A stretch of DNA of 64,000 nucleotides. It comes from Squalus acanthias. Taxonomy: Eukaryota. This document shows positions 49,200 through 62,890 of this stretch, one piece after another. Positions within the stretch are counted from its first letter, which is position 1. Each line of letters begins with the position of its first letter. The stretch is from positions 3,102,001-3,166,000 of the forward strand of contig JASTWF010000033.1 of assembly GCA_030390025.1 (NCBI GenBank), in the 5' to 3' direction. The position numbers and the translations under genes are program-made. The notes below the pieces were generated by a model, which was given only the letters and a program-made list of their open reading frames with translations, ran no database searches and had not been told where the DNA came from.

Positions 49200-49702
49200 G
49201 GAACGCCAGTGGCTGTAGCTACCTTCCCTGTGCAATCAAACAGGACTCTGATGGCCGCTACTATTTTGTCCTGTGTGGGGGAAGAGGTCGGTGCCTCTAC
49301 TTTTGGGGCAGGAGTTGGGGACTTCTTTGCTAGGCTATCCTTCCAGGGATTCCTGCACTCCTTTCTCCAGTGCCCAGTCTTCCCGCACCCGAAGCAGCTA
49401 CGCTTCGTGTTGGAGGGTTTACCACCTTACTGGTGCCGCTCATTCTTTTCCTGACTGGGCTTTATCGCATGCACCTTCCCTTTCGGTGGGGTGTCTTCAG
49501 CTCCCCTACCGTTCCGGTAGGCTAGGGTCAGTTGCATGGTCACTGCCTCCACGGTGACCCGGGGTTCTTTCGGGTCAAACAAAAGCTCAGCCTTGGTTTT
49601 TATTCGTGTCAAGCTGTTTGCCACTAGGCTATAGCCAGTGGGCCAGCTCGTCCCTGTTCAGGTTAGCCCTTTCGAGAGCCCCATTACAAGTACCCTTGTA
49701 CA
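49200..49702 (-). pseudogene. gag: gag 3' part with a CCHC zinc knuckle
   Basis: CFGCGKTGHWRKEC (CX2CX4HX4C) at ~49355-49396, not called in the ORF track; in-frame stop at 49427-49429. Confidence 0.88.
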
Positions 49703-50732
49703 CCAGCACCGATCCTTCTGGAACACCACTTCCCACCTTCTGCCAAGGTCACTACTTTTGATTCAATAGCCTTAGAAATAAACCCCAGTTCATTGTTAGC
49801 ACTTGAATTGCTTTGCTGACCTGTGATACTGATTTTAATTATTTGTTCACCTTTATCCCTAGATCCCTTTGTTCTTCTGCCCCATTCAGTTTCTTATTGT
49901 CTAAATTGCAGGTGATTATAGAAACATAGAATGATACAGCGCTGAAGGTGCCCATTCGGCCCATTGTGCCTGTGCCAGCTCTTTGGTAGAGGGACCCAAT
50001 TAATCCCACTCCTCTGCTCTTTCCCCGGTATTTTTTTACATCAAGTACATTTTCCAAATCCCTTTTGAATGTTACTATTGTATCTGCTTGCACCCCCCGT
50101 TCAGGCAGTGCATTCCAGGTCACAACAACTCGCTTTGTCAATAAAAAAGCCTCCTCATGTCGTCTCTGGTTCTTTTGCCACTCACATTGAATCTGTGTCC
50201 TCTGGTTAACGACCTATATGCCACTGGAAACAGTTGCTTCTTATTTACGCTGTCAAATTAATTTAAGATTTTGAAAACCGCTATCAAATCTCCTCTTAAA
50301 GTTCACTGGTAGAAGGAGAAAAACCGCAGCTTCTCTAGTCTCTCCACATAACTGAAGTTCCTCATCCCTGGTACCATTCTGGTCAATCTCTTCTGCTGAC
50401 GCTCAATGGCCTTGATATCTTTCCTAAAGTTTGGTTACCAGAATTGAACACAATACTCCCGCTGAAGCCTATAAAGTTTTAGCATGAATTCCTTGCTTTT
50501 GTTCTCTATTGATCTATTAATAAAGACAATGATCCCATATGCTTTTTTAACAGCTTTCTCAACTTGTCCTGCCACCATCAAAGATGTGTGTACATACACC
50601 TCAGGTCTATCTTACCAACACTCACTTTTAAATTGTACCATTTATTTCATATTGCATCTCCCCATTCATCCTACCAAAATGCATCACTTCACAATTCTCT
50701 GTGTTAAATTTAATCTGCCATATGTCTGCACA

Positions 50733-50950
50733 TTTGAATCAGAGTTCGGTTTATGTTGTAAGCGAAGGGATTGGATTTGGAAAGAAACTCCATCGGGGAA
50801 GCGCAGCATCAGGTCACGGACATCACAAATCTCTCGGACCCTCCAGCCAGAGGAACATTTTATGAGGGTCAAGACCCAGATAAATTTACTTCATAGGATC
50901 TGTTTTATGGGGGATTTAGTGTCTGTTTTAGGTTACACTGATATTTTATT
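50733..50950 (-). pseudogene. Second copy of the possible Ig C1-set pseudo-exon
   Basis: KISV*PKTD..DGVSFQIQSLRLQHKPNSD; CAG at 50953-50951. Confidence 0.35.
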
Positions 50951-51899
50951 CTGTTAATGCAAAATATACCAGAAAACGGAGTAAGGAGATAACTGTACAT
51001 GCAGGAATGAGGGTCTGTTAGAAAATGTTACATGAATGTGTTTTTAAAGAAAGTTCAGCCATGAACGTATTGAATGGCGGAGCAGGCTCGAAGTCCCGAA
51101 TGGCCTGCTCCTGCTCCTATTTCTTATCTTCTTATTTTGCCCAATCAGTCTATGCCCTCCTGAAGTCTGTTACTGCCCTCCTCATTGTGTACTGGATTTC
51201 CGAATTTCGTTTCATTTGCAAGCTACAAAATGACGATTTGCTTACTCAACTCTAGGTCAGTAATATGTATCAAAAAGAGCAATACTCTAATAGCGACCCA
51301 AGGGGTACACCACTGTATACCTGCCTCCAGTCTGAAAAACAACTTGTCACCAATACTCTCTGCTTTCTGTACCTTAGCAAATTTGGTATCCATGCTGCCC
51401 TGTCCCTTTAATCCAAAGGGCTATAATATTATGAACAAGTCCATTACGTGGTATTTTATCAAACGCCTTATGAAAGTTCATATACACAACGTCAAACACA
51501 CTACCCTCATGATATTCTATTTTCCTACAAAACTGCATCAACGCGCATTCATCTATGTTAAACTCCACTTGCCATTTAACAGCACAGTCTGCAAGTTTTC
51601 TAATGTGTATTATAACATGTCCTTTAGAGAAATCTGTCTTCCATATTTGAAGAGAAGCATCAGTTCTATTGAATAAACCCAAATAATAATTAATAAAGGT
51701 AGACATCTACAACTGTGTGAGGTTTTGGAATTTTATCAGAAAATCTGAAGATTTATTGCAGAATAAACTCCTTGCTTGTCACTTTGTACTACTGCTTTTC
51801 GAAGAAGTGTCTGAAGTTATTATTTATTTCAACTAACAGATCCGCTATCCTATTTTTTCCAGCCTCTCTTTACGACTTTCGGTATCTAATTATGCATCT

Positions 51900-52375
51900 A
51901 ACATCCTAAGCAACTCCTCAACCCGACCTTTAATCCTCAGCTCCTGCCAACCCCACATAAAATCCTCAGCCCCTCGCCACCCCACCAATTATCCTCAGCT
52001 CCTCATCACCGCACCTAGTATCCTTTGCTCCTCAGCATCCTACCTATTATCCTCAGCTCCTCCACACGCCAATTAACATCCTCAGCTCCTCCCCACTCCT
52101 AACATACTCAACTCCTCCCCACCCCACCTAATAACTTCAGCTCCTCTCCAAACCCACCTAATATCCGCAGTTCAAAACCTCCCAACAAATTATACTGAAA
52201 TCCCCACCACCGAACTAATATCCTCAGATCCTTCCCACCCCACCGAATATCCATCGTTCCTCCATTGCTCACCTGATATCTTCAACTCCTCCCCAGACAA
52301 ACCTAACATTCTCAGATCCTCCACATTCATCTAATATTCTCAGCAGCACCCCACCTCCACTAACACCCTCAACAT
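51900..52375. repeat. 29-bp minisatellite, short degenerate copy
   Basis: Same unit as 30060-31565. Confidence 0.9.
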
Positions 52376-52915
52376 TTCTCCACTTATCTCTGCATAGAGT
52401 CTGCACCTGTCAATCGCAGACTCTCTGCCCGCGAACTGTCAGGGAATTGCGGCACGTATTTATAGCTTCAGTCTGAAGCTATCCATCTTGTGGGTGCGAT
52501 GTGCTATCACAGGTTATCAATCAGAAGGAACAAGAATGACGTCCTGTCAATTCTTTGCAATTTGATGTACGAGCAGGAATCACCTGATGTTCCCTGGAGG
52601 AGAGAGATTGGCAACTGCAGACTGTGTGCAGAGAGATCAGTGCAGGAAGTTATCTGACTGTTCCCGGGTGGAGAGTGTATTATAAAATATTTACAGTACT
52701 GAAATAAACCTTTCAGCCCAAAAGGTCCATGCCGGTGTTTATGCGCCAATCGAGCCTCCTCCTACCCTTTTTCTTCTTCTATATCCATCAACATATCCTT
52801 CTATTCATTTCTCCACCATGTGTTTGTCTAACATCCCCTTAAATGTGTCTATGTCATTTGCTTCAACTACTCCTTGTGAATGCGTCATCCACCGCAGGGA
52901 AAAGGACAAATGAGG

Positions 52916-54460
52916 GCGGCCATGTTTGCATCAGCTACAGACGGCCATGTTTGTGTCACCTAAAGACGGCCATGTTTGTGTCACCTACAGACGGCCATGT
53001 TTGTGTCACCTACAGACGGCCACGTTTGTGTCTCCTACAGACGTCCATGTTTGTGTCTCCTACAGACGGCCATGTTTGTGTCACCTACAGACGGCCATGT
53101 TTGTGTCACCTTCAGACGGCCATGTTTGTGTCTCCTACAGACGTCCATGTTTGTGTCTCCTACAGACGGCCATGTTTGTGTCACCTACTGACGGCCATGT
53201 TTGTGTCTCCTACAGACGTCCATGTTTGTGTCACCTACAGACGGCCATGTTTGTGTCACCTACAGACGGCCATGTCTGCGTCACCTACTGACGGCCATGT
53301 TTGTGTCTCCTACAGACGTCCATGTTTGTGTGACCTACAGACGGCCATGTTTATGACACCTACAGACGGCCATGTCTGTGTCACCTACTGACGGCCATGT
53401 TTGTGTCTCCTACAGACGTCCATGTTTGTGTCACCTACAGACGGCCATGTTTGTGTCACCTACAGACGGCCATGTTTGTGTCACCTACAGACGGCCATGT
53501 TTGTGTCAACTACAGACGGCCATGTTTGTGTCACCTACAGACGGCCATGTTTGTGTCACCTACAGACGGCCATGTTTGTGTCACCTACAGACGGCCATGT
53601 TTGTGTCACCTACAGACGGCCGTGTTTGTGTCACCTACTGACGGCCATGTTTGTGTCACCTACAGACGGCCGTGTTTGTGTCACCTACAGACGGCCATGT
53701 TTGTGTCACCTACAGACGGCCATGTTTGTGTCACCTACAGACGGCCATGTTTGTGTCACCTACAGACGGCCATGTTTGTGTCACCTACAGAGGGCCATGT
53801 TTGTGTCACCTACAGACGGCCATGTTTGTGTCATCTACAGACGGCCATGTTTGTGTCAGCTACAGGCGGCCATGTCTGTGTCACCTACAGACGGCCATGT
53901 CTGTGTCACCTACAGACGGCCATGTTTGTGTCACCTACAGGCGGCCATGTCTGTGTCACCTACAGACGGCCATGTTTGTGTGGCCTACAGACGGCCATGT
54001 TTCTGTCACCTACAGACGGCCATGTTTGTGTGACCTACAGACGGCCATGTTTGTGTGACCTACAGACGGCCATGTTTGTGTCACCTACAGACGGCCATGT
54101 TTGTGTGGCCTACAGACGGCCATGTTTGTGTCACCTACAGACGGCCATGTTTGTGTGGCCTACAGACGGCCATGTTTGTGTCACCTACAGACGGCCATGT
54201 TTGTGTCGCCTAAGGACGACCATGATTGTGTGGCCTACAGACGGCCATGTTTGTGTCATCTACAGTCGGCCATGTTTGTGTCACCTACAGACGGCCATGT
54301 TTGTGTCACCTACAGACGGCCATGTTTGTGTCACCTACAGACGGCCATGTTTGTGTCACCTACAGACGGCCATGATTGTGTGGCCTACAGACGGCCATGT
54401 TTGTGTGGGCTACAGACGGCCATGTTTGTATCACCCACAGACGGACATGTTTGTGTGGCG
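52916..54460. repeat. 25-bp minisatellite, long copy
   Basis: About 60 units of TCACCTACAGACGGCCATGTTTGTG. Confidence 0.97.
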
Positions 54461-54691
54461 TGCTGCCGACCACCTTTATGCGTCAAAACTTTACCTATTT
54501 TATTTGAAGATATCATCATTTTTATATACCTTTCCTTGTAATTACTATAGTTTCAGTGTTTTATTGAAATGCTTTAATAAAAAAATAATAAAAAGCAAAT
54601 TTTCAGGCTCTTTTTGTATGTTCCTTTCCAAGCTTTCCAGTATTAAGTTGCGAATAAAAATAAGACATTTTCCGCACCCAGAGAAATTCAT

Positions 54692-54752
54692 TGCTCAGTG
54701 CTGTGATCGAGCCCTCGACCCTGGCGTTGTTACAAACTGAGCTGACAACTCC
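54692..54752 (-). tRNA. Possible tRNA-Ile(AAT) remnant with internal deletion
   Basis: AGCTCAGTT..AACGCCAGGGTCGAGGGCTCGATC resembles Ile(AAT). Confidence 0.4.
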
Positions 54753-54799
54753 TTTAATTTACGTTGCTTCCGCCTGATGCGGCATTGTATTTTCAATTT

Positions 54800-55060
54800 C
54801 TATACGTTGTCTGCAGCTGTCAATCACATACTCCCCTCCCGGGAACTGTCAATGAACTTCCTGCACTTATCTCTCCACACACAGTCTGCAGCTCTAAATC
54901 ACACACTCACTTCCAGGGAACTTTCAGAGACCTTCCTGCACTTAGCTCTCTGCATACAGTCTGCAGCTGGCAATCACGCACCCATTGCCCAGAAACAGTC
55001 AGTGTAATTCCTTACTTCCCTCTCTGCATACTGTTTTCAGCTGTCAATCACATTCTCTCC
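54800..55060. repeat. 75-bp tandem repeat, about 3.5 copies
   Basis: CTGCAGCT at 54811, 54886, 54961; related units at ~31590 and inverted at ~31800-31870. Confidence 0.75.
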
Positions 55061-55069
55061 TCCACAGGA

Positions 55070-55390
55070 GCCTCCTCCCAATCTCCTTCATCTAACTGAA
55101 TCAAAATATCCTGCTATTCCTTTCTCCCTCATGTGCTTATCTGGCTTTGCTTTAAATGCATCTATGATATTCACATAAACTACTCCTTGTCGTAGATTGT
55201 TTCACATTTCACCACTCTTTTGGTAAAGAAATGTCTCCTGAATTCCCTACTGGATTTATTAAAGACTATCTTCCATTTATGGTCCGTTGTTCTGGTCTCT
55301 CCCGCAAAAGGATACATCTTTCCTCCGTCTACCCTATCAAGCACTTTCATAATCTTAAAGACCTCTATCAGGTCACCACTCAGCCTTCTC
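55070..55390 (-). mobile_element. CR1 3' fragment
   Basis: LSGDLIEVFKIMK. Confidence 0.8.
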
Positions 55391-55429
55391 AATAGATTAG
55401 GCGGTTCTGGACTTAGTTTTCGGGAATGA

Positions 55430-56660
55430 AGCTGGGCAGGTGGAATGTGTATCAGTGGGACAGCATTTTGAATGTAGAGATCATAATTCAGTAAGATTTA
55501 GAGTAGTTATGGAAACGGACACAGATTAAACAGTGAAAACAATTCTCGATTGGGGAAAGGCCAATTTTACTAAGCTGAGATGAGATATAGCAGAAGTGGA
55601 CTGAAAACAGCTATTCCAATGTAAAGCAGTGTCATGACTGTGGGTGACATTCATAGAGGAGACAGTGAGTGTCCAGAGCAAATATGTACCCACAACAAAT
55701 AGGGCAGGGCTGCCAAATCTAAAGCCCCCTGGATATCCCCTTGGATATCAAGTGGCATACCGGGTAGGAGAAGGTAAAGAAGTGAAGCGTATGTCAGATA
55801 GCTAAATATTGCAGGAAGCCTAGAGGAGTATAGAAAGTGCAGGGGTGGAAATAAAATAGGAAATTAGGAAAGCAAAGAGATGGCATGCAAAATATATGTA
55901 ACTAAAATGAAGGAAAACACAGAGATGTGTTTTAAATAAATAAATAGCAAGAGCATAACCAAAGAAAGTGTAGGTCTTGTTAGAGATCAGAAGTTAACCT
56001 GTGTCTCTTTAGGCAAAAGACGTGGGTATGGTTCTTAATGAATACTTTGCGGCTGTCTTCAAAGACTGGAGATACGATGCAGACATTATAGTTAAGGAGG
56101 AGGACTGTGAAATGTTAGATAAGATAAACATATTAAGAGTGGAATATTAATCTGTTTAGCATCTTTGAAAGTGCATAAATCGCCAAGCCCTGATGAAATG
56201 TATCCCTGGCATTTATCAGAAGCAAGGGAGGAAATAGCGGAGGCTCTAAGCATCATTTTCCAAACCTCTCTGGCTACAGGCGTGGTGCCAGTGGACTGGA
56301 GGACTCCTAACGTTGTACCGTTGTTAAAAAGCTGAGAAAGGGATAGACCTAGTAATTACAGGCCAGTCAGGGTAACCTCTGTGGTGATCAAATTATTGGA
56401 AAATAAATCTGAGGGACAGTATAAATCGTCTTTTAGAAAGGCACGGATTAATCAAGGACAGTCAGCATGTTAACTTAAGTTTGCGGCTGACTAACTTGAT
56501 TGAATTTTTGAGGAATTAACAAGGAGGGTTGTTGAGGGTAACGCGGTGATGTAGTCTACATGGAATTTAGCAAGGTATTTGACAATGTTCCATATGGCAA
56601 AGTGTTAAGAAAAGTAAAAGCCCATAGGATCCAATGGAAAGTGGCCAGTTAGATCCAACA
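55430..56660 (+). mobile_element. Decayed CR1 ORF2 internal fragment
   Basis: KSPSPDEMYP, VPVDWRTPNVVPL, NYRPV remnants. Confidence 0.8.
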
Positions 56661-56664
56661 TTGA

Positions 56665-57461
56665 CTGAGATAACCCATGGTATCTCTCACTGACCATCGA
56701 GTGTCCCTCACCATCTACACTCAGTGTTCACCTGGGGAATGAGATACCCCATGATATCTCTCACTGACCATCAAGTGTTCCTCACCATCTACACTCAGTG
56801 TTCACCTGGGGACTGAGATAACCCATGGTATCGCTCACTGAACATCGAGTGTTCCTCACCATCTACACTCAGTGTTCACCTGGGGACTGAGATACCCCAT
56901 GATATCTCTCACTGACCATCGAGTGTTCCTCACCATCTACACTCAGTGTTCACCTGGGGACTGAGATACACCATGGTATCTCTGACAGACCATCGAGTGC
57001 TCCTTACCATCTAAACTCAGTGTTCACCTGGGGATTGAGATACCCCAAGGTAACTCTCACTGTCCATCGAGGGCTTCTCACAATCAACACTCACTGTTCA
57101 CCTGGGGACTGAGATACCCCATGGTATCTCTCACTGACCATCGAGTGTCCCTCAACATCTACACTCTGTGTTCACCTGGCGATTGAAATACCCCATGGTA
57201 ACTCTCACTGTCCATCGAGGGCTCCTCACAATCAACACTCACTGTTAAACTGGGGCCTGAGATAGCCCATGGTATATTTCACTGACCATCCAGTGTTCCT
57301 CACCATCTACACTCAGTGTTCAACTGGGGACTGAGATACCCCATGATACCTCTCACTGACCATCGAGTGTTCCTCTCCATCTACACTCAGTGTTCACCTG
57401 GAGATTGAGATACCCCATGGTATCTCTGACTGACCATCGAGTACTCCTCACCATCTACACC
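56665..57461. repeat. 74-bp satellite with internal palindromes, about 11 copies
   Basis: Unit CTGAGATACCCCATGGTATCTCTCACTGACCATCGAGTGTTCCTCACCATCTACACTCAGTGTTCACCTGGGGA. Confidence 0.95.
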
Positions 57462-57999
57462 TTTAACCAGCCCTGTTTGCATGACAAGGGTCACCTATCT
57501 TGGAGGTGCAAGGGAGAGGGTGAGTGTGAGCCCGACATTCCGAGTCGCTGTGTTGATAAAAGTAAATTGCGCCCAGCAATGAGGGACAGAGAATGAATCC
57601 TGGATTTCAGAAACGCTAGGTGCCAGTTTTAAATGTACAGATTCTTCACTGGGATGAACTGAATCTGAGGTTATTGCTGCTTTTTGTAAACTGAGAGCTA
57701 ATTTTAATCAAGGGACAGAGACGACTGTCTGTGAGCAGTGAGTTAGAGGGGAGGCTGAGCTAGGAGTAAAAAGAAAACCTGGTTTAGAGAAGGTGGAAAG
57801 TTTCCAACTTTAATTTGGGGGATTTTCTACTAGGATAGAAAATGAATGGGGCGGGTGGATTCAGGAAAGAGTAAATTTGAAAGCAGCGAGAGAAATGCCA
57901 AGGCTCTAGAGAGTATAATTTTTGGGAAAAATAAGCATATTGGGGCAGAAAGGGACAGAGAAAGTAACAAAGGTAATAAGGCATCAGTGACTAAGGTGA

Positions 58000-60301
58000 C
58001 ATCAGGGGAAAAATGGAAATAATTCAACGCTAACGTCATTATACCTGAATGCGTGAAGCCTTTGCAACAAAATTGCTGAATTAATAGCGCAGATAGAAAT
58101 TAACAGGTTTGATCTAATAGCCATAATGGAGACGTGGTTGCACATTGATGAACGTTCCAATCGAAATATTCCAGGATACATAACCTTTAGAAGGGATAGG
58201 CAAAATGGAAAACGAGAAGGGGTAGCCCTGATAATAAAAGATGGGATAAACACAGTCGAGAGAAATGAACTTAGTAGCTAAAATCTGGAAGGAGAATCAG
58301 TTTGGGTGGAGCTAAGACGCAGCAAGGGCAGAAAACATTGTTGGGATTTGTTTATAGGCCACTGAACAGTAGTTGTAATGTAGGGCAGAGTATAAATCAT
58401 AAAGGTGAATGTAACAAGGGTAATAGAGTACTCATGGGAGACTTCAAACTACATATAGACTGGGCAAACCAAATTTGCAGTAATAGTGTGGAGGACGATT
58501 TCATGGAATGTATGCAAGATAGTTTTCTAGATCAGTATGTTGAGGAACTAACTAGGGAACAGGCTATTTTAGATCTAGTATTGGGCAACAAGAAAGAGTT
58601 AATTAATAACCTTGTAGTAAAGCGGCCTTTAAGGAAGAGTGACTAAAATATGATAGAATTTTATATTGAGTTTGAAATTGTCTTTGATAATCCGAAACCA
58701 GGGTCTTAAATCTAAACAATGCAAACTACGTAGGTATGAGGGGCGAGTTGGCTAATGCAGATTTGGAAAACTACATTAAAAGTTAGGACAGTGGACGAGC
58801 AATCGCTACCATTAAGAATTAATACATAATTTACAACAAATATGCATTCCTTTAAGGCACAAAAATCCCACAGGAATATTGGTCCAACCTTGGCTAACAA
58901 GAGAAGTTAAAGAAAGTATTAGATCAAAGGAAGAGGCTTATAATGCTGCCAGAAAGAGAAGTCAGCCTAAGGATTGGGAGGATTTTAGAATTCAGCAAAG
59001 GAGGATCAAGAAATTGATAAAGAAAGTTAAAAAAGAATATGAGAGTAACATAGCGAGAGACATAAAAACAGACCGTAAAAGCTTCTATAGGTATGTAAAA
59101 ATGCAAAGATTAGCGAAAATTAATGTGGGTCCTTTACAGGCTGAGACAGGAGCAATTATAATGGGGAAATGGCTGAAACTGAGAAATTAAACAAATACTT
59201 TGTGTCTGTCTTCACAGAAGAAGACGCAAAACAGTTCCTGGTAATAGTGGACAATCAAGGGACTAGCGAGAATGAAGAACTGAAAGTTAATCTTAGAAGT
59301 GAAAAAGAAGTCCGCGAGGAATTTAGGGGATGGAAAGCCCAAAAATGCCCTGGACCTGATGGTTTTGAAAGAGTTGGCTATAGAGATAGTGGATGTATTG
59401 GTTGACATTTTCCAAAATTCCATAGATTCTAGAATGGTTCCCGCGGATTGGAAGGTTGCAAATGTAACCCCATTTTTTAACAAATGAGGGAGACAGAAAA
59501 CGGGAAACTACAGATCAGTTAGCCTGACATCAGTAGTAGGGAAAATGCAAGAATATATTATTAAGGACGTGGTAACAGGGCACCTAGCAAATAATAATGG
59601 GATTGGGCAGAGTCAACACGGGTTTTTGAAAGGAAAATCGTGTTTGTCATAACTTTTAGAGTTATTTAAATTTGTAACTTGCTGAATAGACAAGGGGGAA
59701 CCAGTGGATGTGATGCATTTGGATTTTCAAAAGGCATTCGATAAGGTGTCGCACAAGAGTTTATTAAACAAATTAGGGCTCATGGGATTGGGGGTATTAT
59801 ACTACCATGGTTTGAGGTTTGGTTAAGGGATACAAACAGAGAGTAGGAATAAACTGATCAGTTTTGGGTTGGCAGGCTGTATCTACTGGGGTACTACAAG
59901 GATCAGTGTTTGGGCCTCAGCTATTCACAATCTACATCAATAATTTGGATGAGGGGACCAAAGATAATATATCCAAGTTTACTGATGATACAAAGCTGGG
60001 TGGAAATGGAACTTGTGAGGATGATTCAACGAGGCTTCAAGGGGATATAGACAGGCTAAGTGAATGGGCAAGAACATGGCAATTGGAATATAATGTGGAG
60101 AAATATGAAGTTGTCAACTTTGGTAGGAAAAATAGAAGAGCAGAGTATTTTTTAAATAGTGAGAGATTGGGAAATGTTGTTGTTCAGAGGGACCTGGGTG
60201 TTCTTGTACACGAATCACTGAAAGTTAACATGCAGGTACAGCACGCAATTAAGAAAGCGGGTGGTATGTTGGACATTATTACAAGAGGTCTTGTGTATAG
60301 T
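58000..60301 (+). mobile_element. Decayed CR1 ORF2 (APE plus RT), cut at the 3' side by the next CR1
   Basis: YLNA.SL, AIMETWL, MGDF, GVLQGSVFGP, KFTDDTK. Confidence 0.9.
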
Positions 60302-61276
60302 AACATAGAAAAATAGGGGCAGGAATAGGCCATTCGACCCTTCGAGCCTGCTCCGCCATTCAATATGATCATGGCTGATCCTCTAACTCAATACCGTATT
60401 CCCGCTCTCTCCCCTTACCCCTTGATGCCGTTTGTGTCCAGACATCTATCTATCTCTTTCATAAATATATTCAGTGACTTGGCCTCCACAGCCTTCTGTG
60501 GTAGAGAAACCAGAGGTTCACCACGCTCTGAGTGAAAATATTTCTCCTCAATATCAGACCTAAATGTCCGACTCCGTTTCCTGAGACTGTGACCCTTGGT
60601 TCTAGACGCCCCAGCCAGGGGAAACATCCTCCCTGCATCCAGTTTGTCTAACCCTGTCAGAATTGTATACGTTTCAATGAGATGCCCTCTCATTCCTCTA
60701 AACCCCAATGATTACCTGCCTGGTCGACCCAATCTCTCCTCATACGACAGTCCTGCCATCCCAGGAAATAGTCTGGTGAACCTTCGCTGTACTCCCTCTA
60801 TGGCAAGTATATCCTTTCGTAGGTAAGGAAACCAAAACTGCACACAGCACTCCAAGTGTGGTCTCACCAAGGCCCTGTATAACTGTAGTAAGACATCCTT
60901 GCACTTGTACTCAAATCCTCCTGCAATGAAAGCCAACATACCATTTGTCTTCCTAACTGCTTGCTGTACCTGCATGTTTGCTTTCAGTGACTGGTGTACA
61001 AGGACAACCAGGTCCCTCTGTACCTCAACATTTCCCAATCTATCACCATTTAAGGAATATGCTGCCTTTCTGTTTTTCCTACCGAAGTCGATAACTTTAC
61101 ATTTATCCACGTTATACTGCATCTACCATGTATTTGCCCACTCATTCAACTTGTCTAAATCGCCTTGAAGCCTCCTTGCATCCTCCTCACAACTCACAAT
61201 CCCACCTAGTTTCGTGCTGTATGCAAACTTAGAAATATTGCATTTGGTTCCCTCATCCAAATCACTGATATATATT

Positions 61277-62005
61277 GGCCCAAAAATTAGTGAGGGAGCC
61301 TTCGTGCGGGGGTAAGGCTTCCCCGCGATTTCTCACTGCGCGCCGGCTTTTTCATTCCCAGCTCGCACGAACTTGATGTTCTAGACAGCAGCTGGGCAGT
61401 GCTTGCGTATCCCACAGGCGCAGTTAATTCGTGCGAGCTGTGGGATCACGTGATTCAGTTAGAGCCAATGGCAGCACACCATCTTTCATTCATAGTTTTC
61501 ACAGTAAGTGCTGTGAAAGCTATGAATCTATACCCCCCAAAAGAACAGCTAAACCTCAATTAATTTTTTTAAAAAACATCACCTTAATAAAATAAGTATA
61601 GTTAAATAAATTAACCACTTTAAACAAAAAATTAAATTTTTGAAAAAATTTAAAATCTTTTAAAAAGTTATAAAAATAAACTTACCTTTCTTTAAAGTCT
61701 CTAAAAAAGATATACCTGTTGAAAATACTTAATTAACTACTTACCTTGTTAAAAGAGGGTCTTACGCCTCCTTTCTTTATGTGCAAAATCTTCCATGCTT
61801 ACCTGCGCGTTCAAAGCACTAAGTGCACTGCGTGCGCGCAGCCTGTAGCGCGCACGTGGTTCACCTAGGAACCGCCCCCTTTTGAAATCACCAAGTGCTG
61901 GTTTTCAGCGCATGCGCAGTGCATGCAGAAAACCGGCAATTGGAGACAAAAGTACGCGAGAGTACACAGTGCGTACTAATGCGTAGAGGCACTAATTTTT
62001 GGGCC
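61277..62005. mobile_element. 729-bp MITE with perfect 16-bp TIRs and 3-bp TSD
   Basis: GGCCCAAAAATTAGTG / CACTAATTTTTGGGCC; ATT on both sides; removing it restores the CR1. Confidence 0.93.
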
Positions 62006-62890
62006 ATTGTGAATAGCTGCGTCCCAAGCACTGATCCCTGCAGTGCCCCACTAGTCACCGCCTGCAACCCTGATAGAGGCCCATTTATTGCTACTGTCTG
62101 TTTCCTGTCTGTTAACCAATTTTCCATCCATGCCAGTATATTACCCCAAATCCCATGTGCCTTAATTTTGCACACTATGCTCTTATGTGGGACTTTTTCA
62201 AAGCCTACTGAAAATCCAATGACACCATATCCACTGATTCTCGCTTATCTAGGCTACCAGTTACATCCTCAAAAAACTCCAGTAGGTTTGTCAAACACGA
62301 GTTCCCTTTCATAAATCCATGTTGACTTTGTCTAATCCCGTTGATATTTTCTAAGTGTCCTGTTATCACATCCTTTATAATAGATTCAAGCATTTTCCCT
62401 GCTACTGATGTTAGGCTAACCGGTCTGTAGTTCCCTTTTTTCTCTCTCCATCCTTTTTTTAAATAGTGGGGTTACATTTAACACCCTCCAACTGCAGGAA
62501 CTGTTCCATAATATATAGAATTTTGGAAGAGGACAACCAATGCATCCATTTCCTCTTTTAATACACTGGGGTGCAGGTTATTTGGCACTGGGGATTTATC
62601 GGCTTTCAGTACATTAATTTCTCCAGCACTATTTTTTTTACTAATACTAATTTCCTTTAATTCCTCCTTCTCACTAGACCCTTGGTTCAGTAACATTTCT
62701 GCGAAGTTATCTGTGGCCTCTTCTGTGAAGACAGAACCAAAGTATGTGTTTAATTGCCCTGCCATTTCCTTGTTCCCCAATAAAAATTCTCCCGTTTCTG
62801 ACTGTAAGGGACCTACATTTGTCTTCATTAATCTTTTTCTTTTTACATATTTCTTAAAGCTCTTACAATCCGCTTTTATGCTCCTTGCAA

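Larger units (their letters stand above)
43244..49702 (-). mobile_element. Endogenous retrovirus-like provirus 2: partial gag, internal PR/RT deletion, integrase, env, PPT, 3' LTR
   Basis: Collinear with provirus 1 and adds gag. Confidence 0.92.
49703..54460 (+). repeat. Segmental duplication copy B (partner 28343-33199)
   Basis: Starts CCAGCACCGATCCTT like 28343; same order of components. Confidence 0.92.

Noticed and set aside
52916..54460. 25-bp array (and the 74-bp palindromic array) as CRISPR
   Set aside because: Head-to-tail units with no unique spacers, no cas genes, vertebrate context
53397..54740. 447-aa Cys/His-rich ORF resembling zinc fingers
   Set aside because: 25-bp repeat cycling through frames; no C2H2 spacing or linkers
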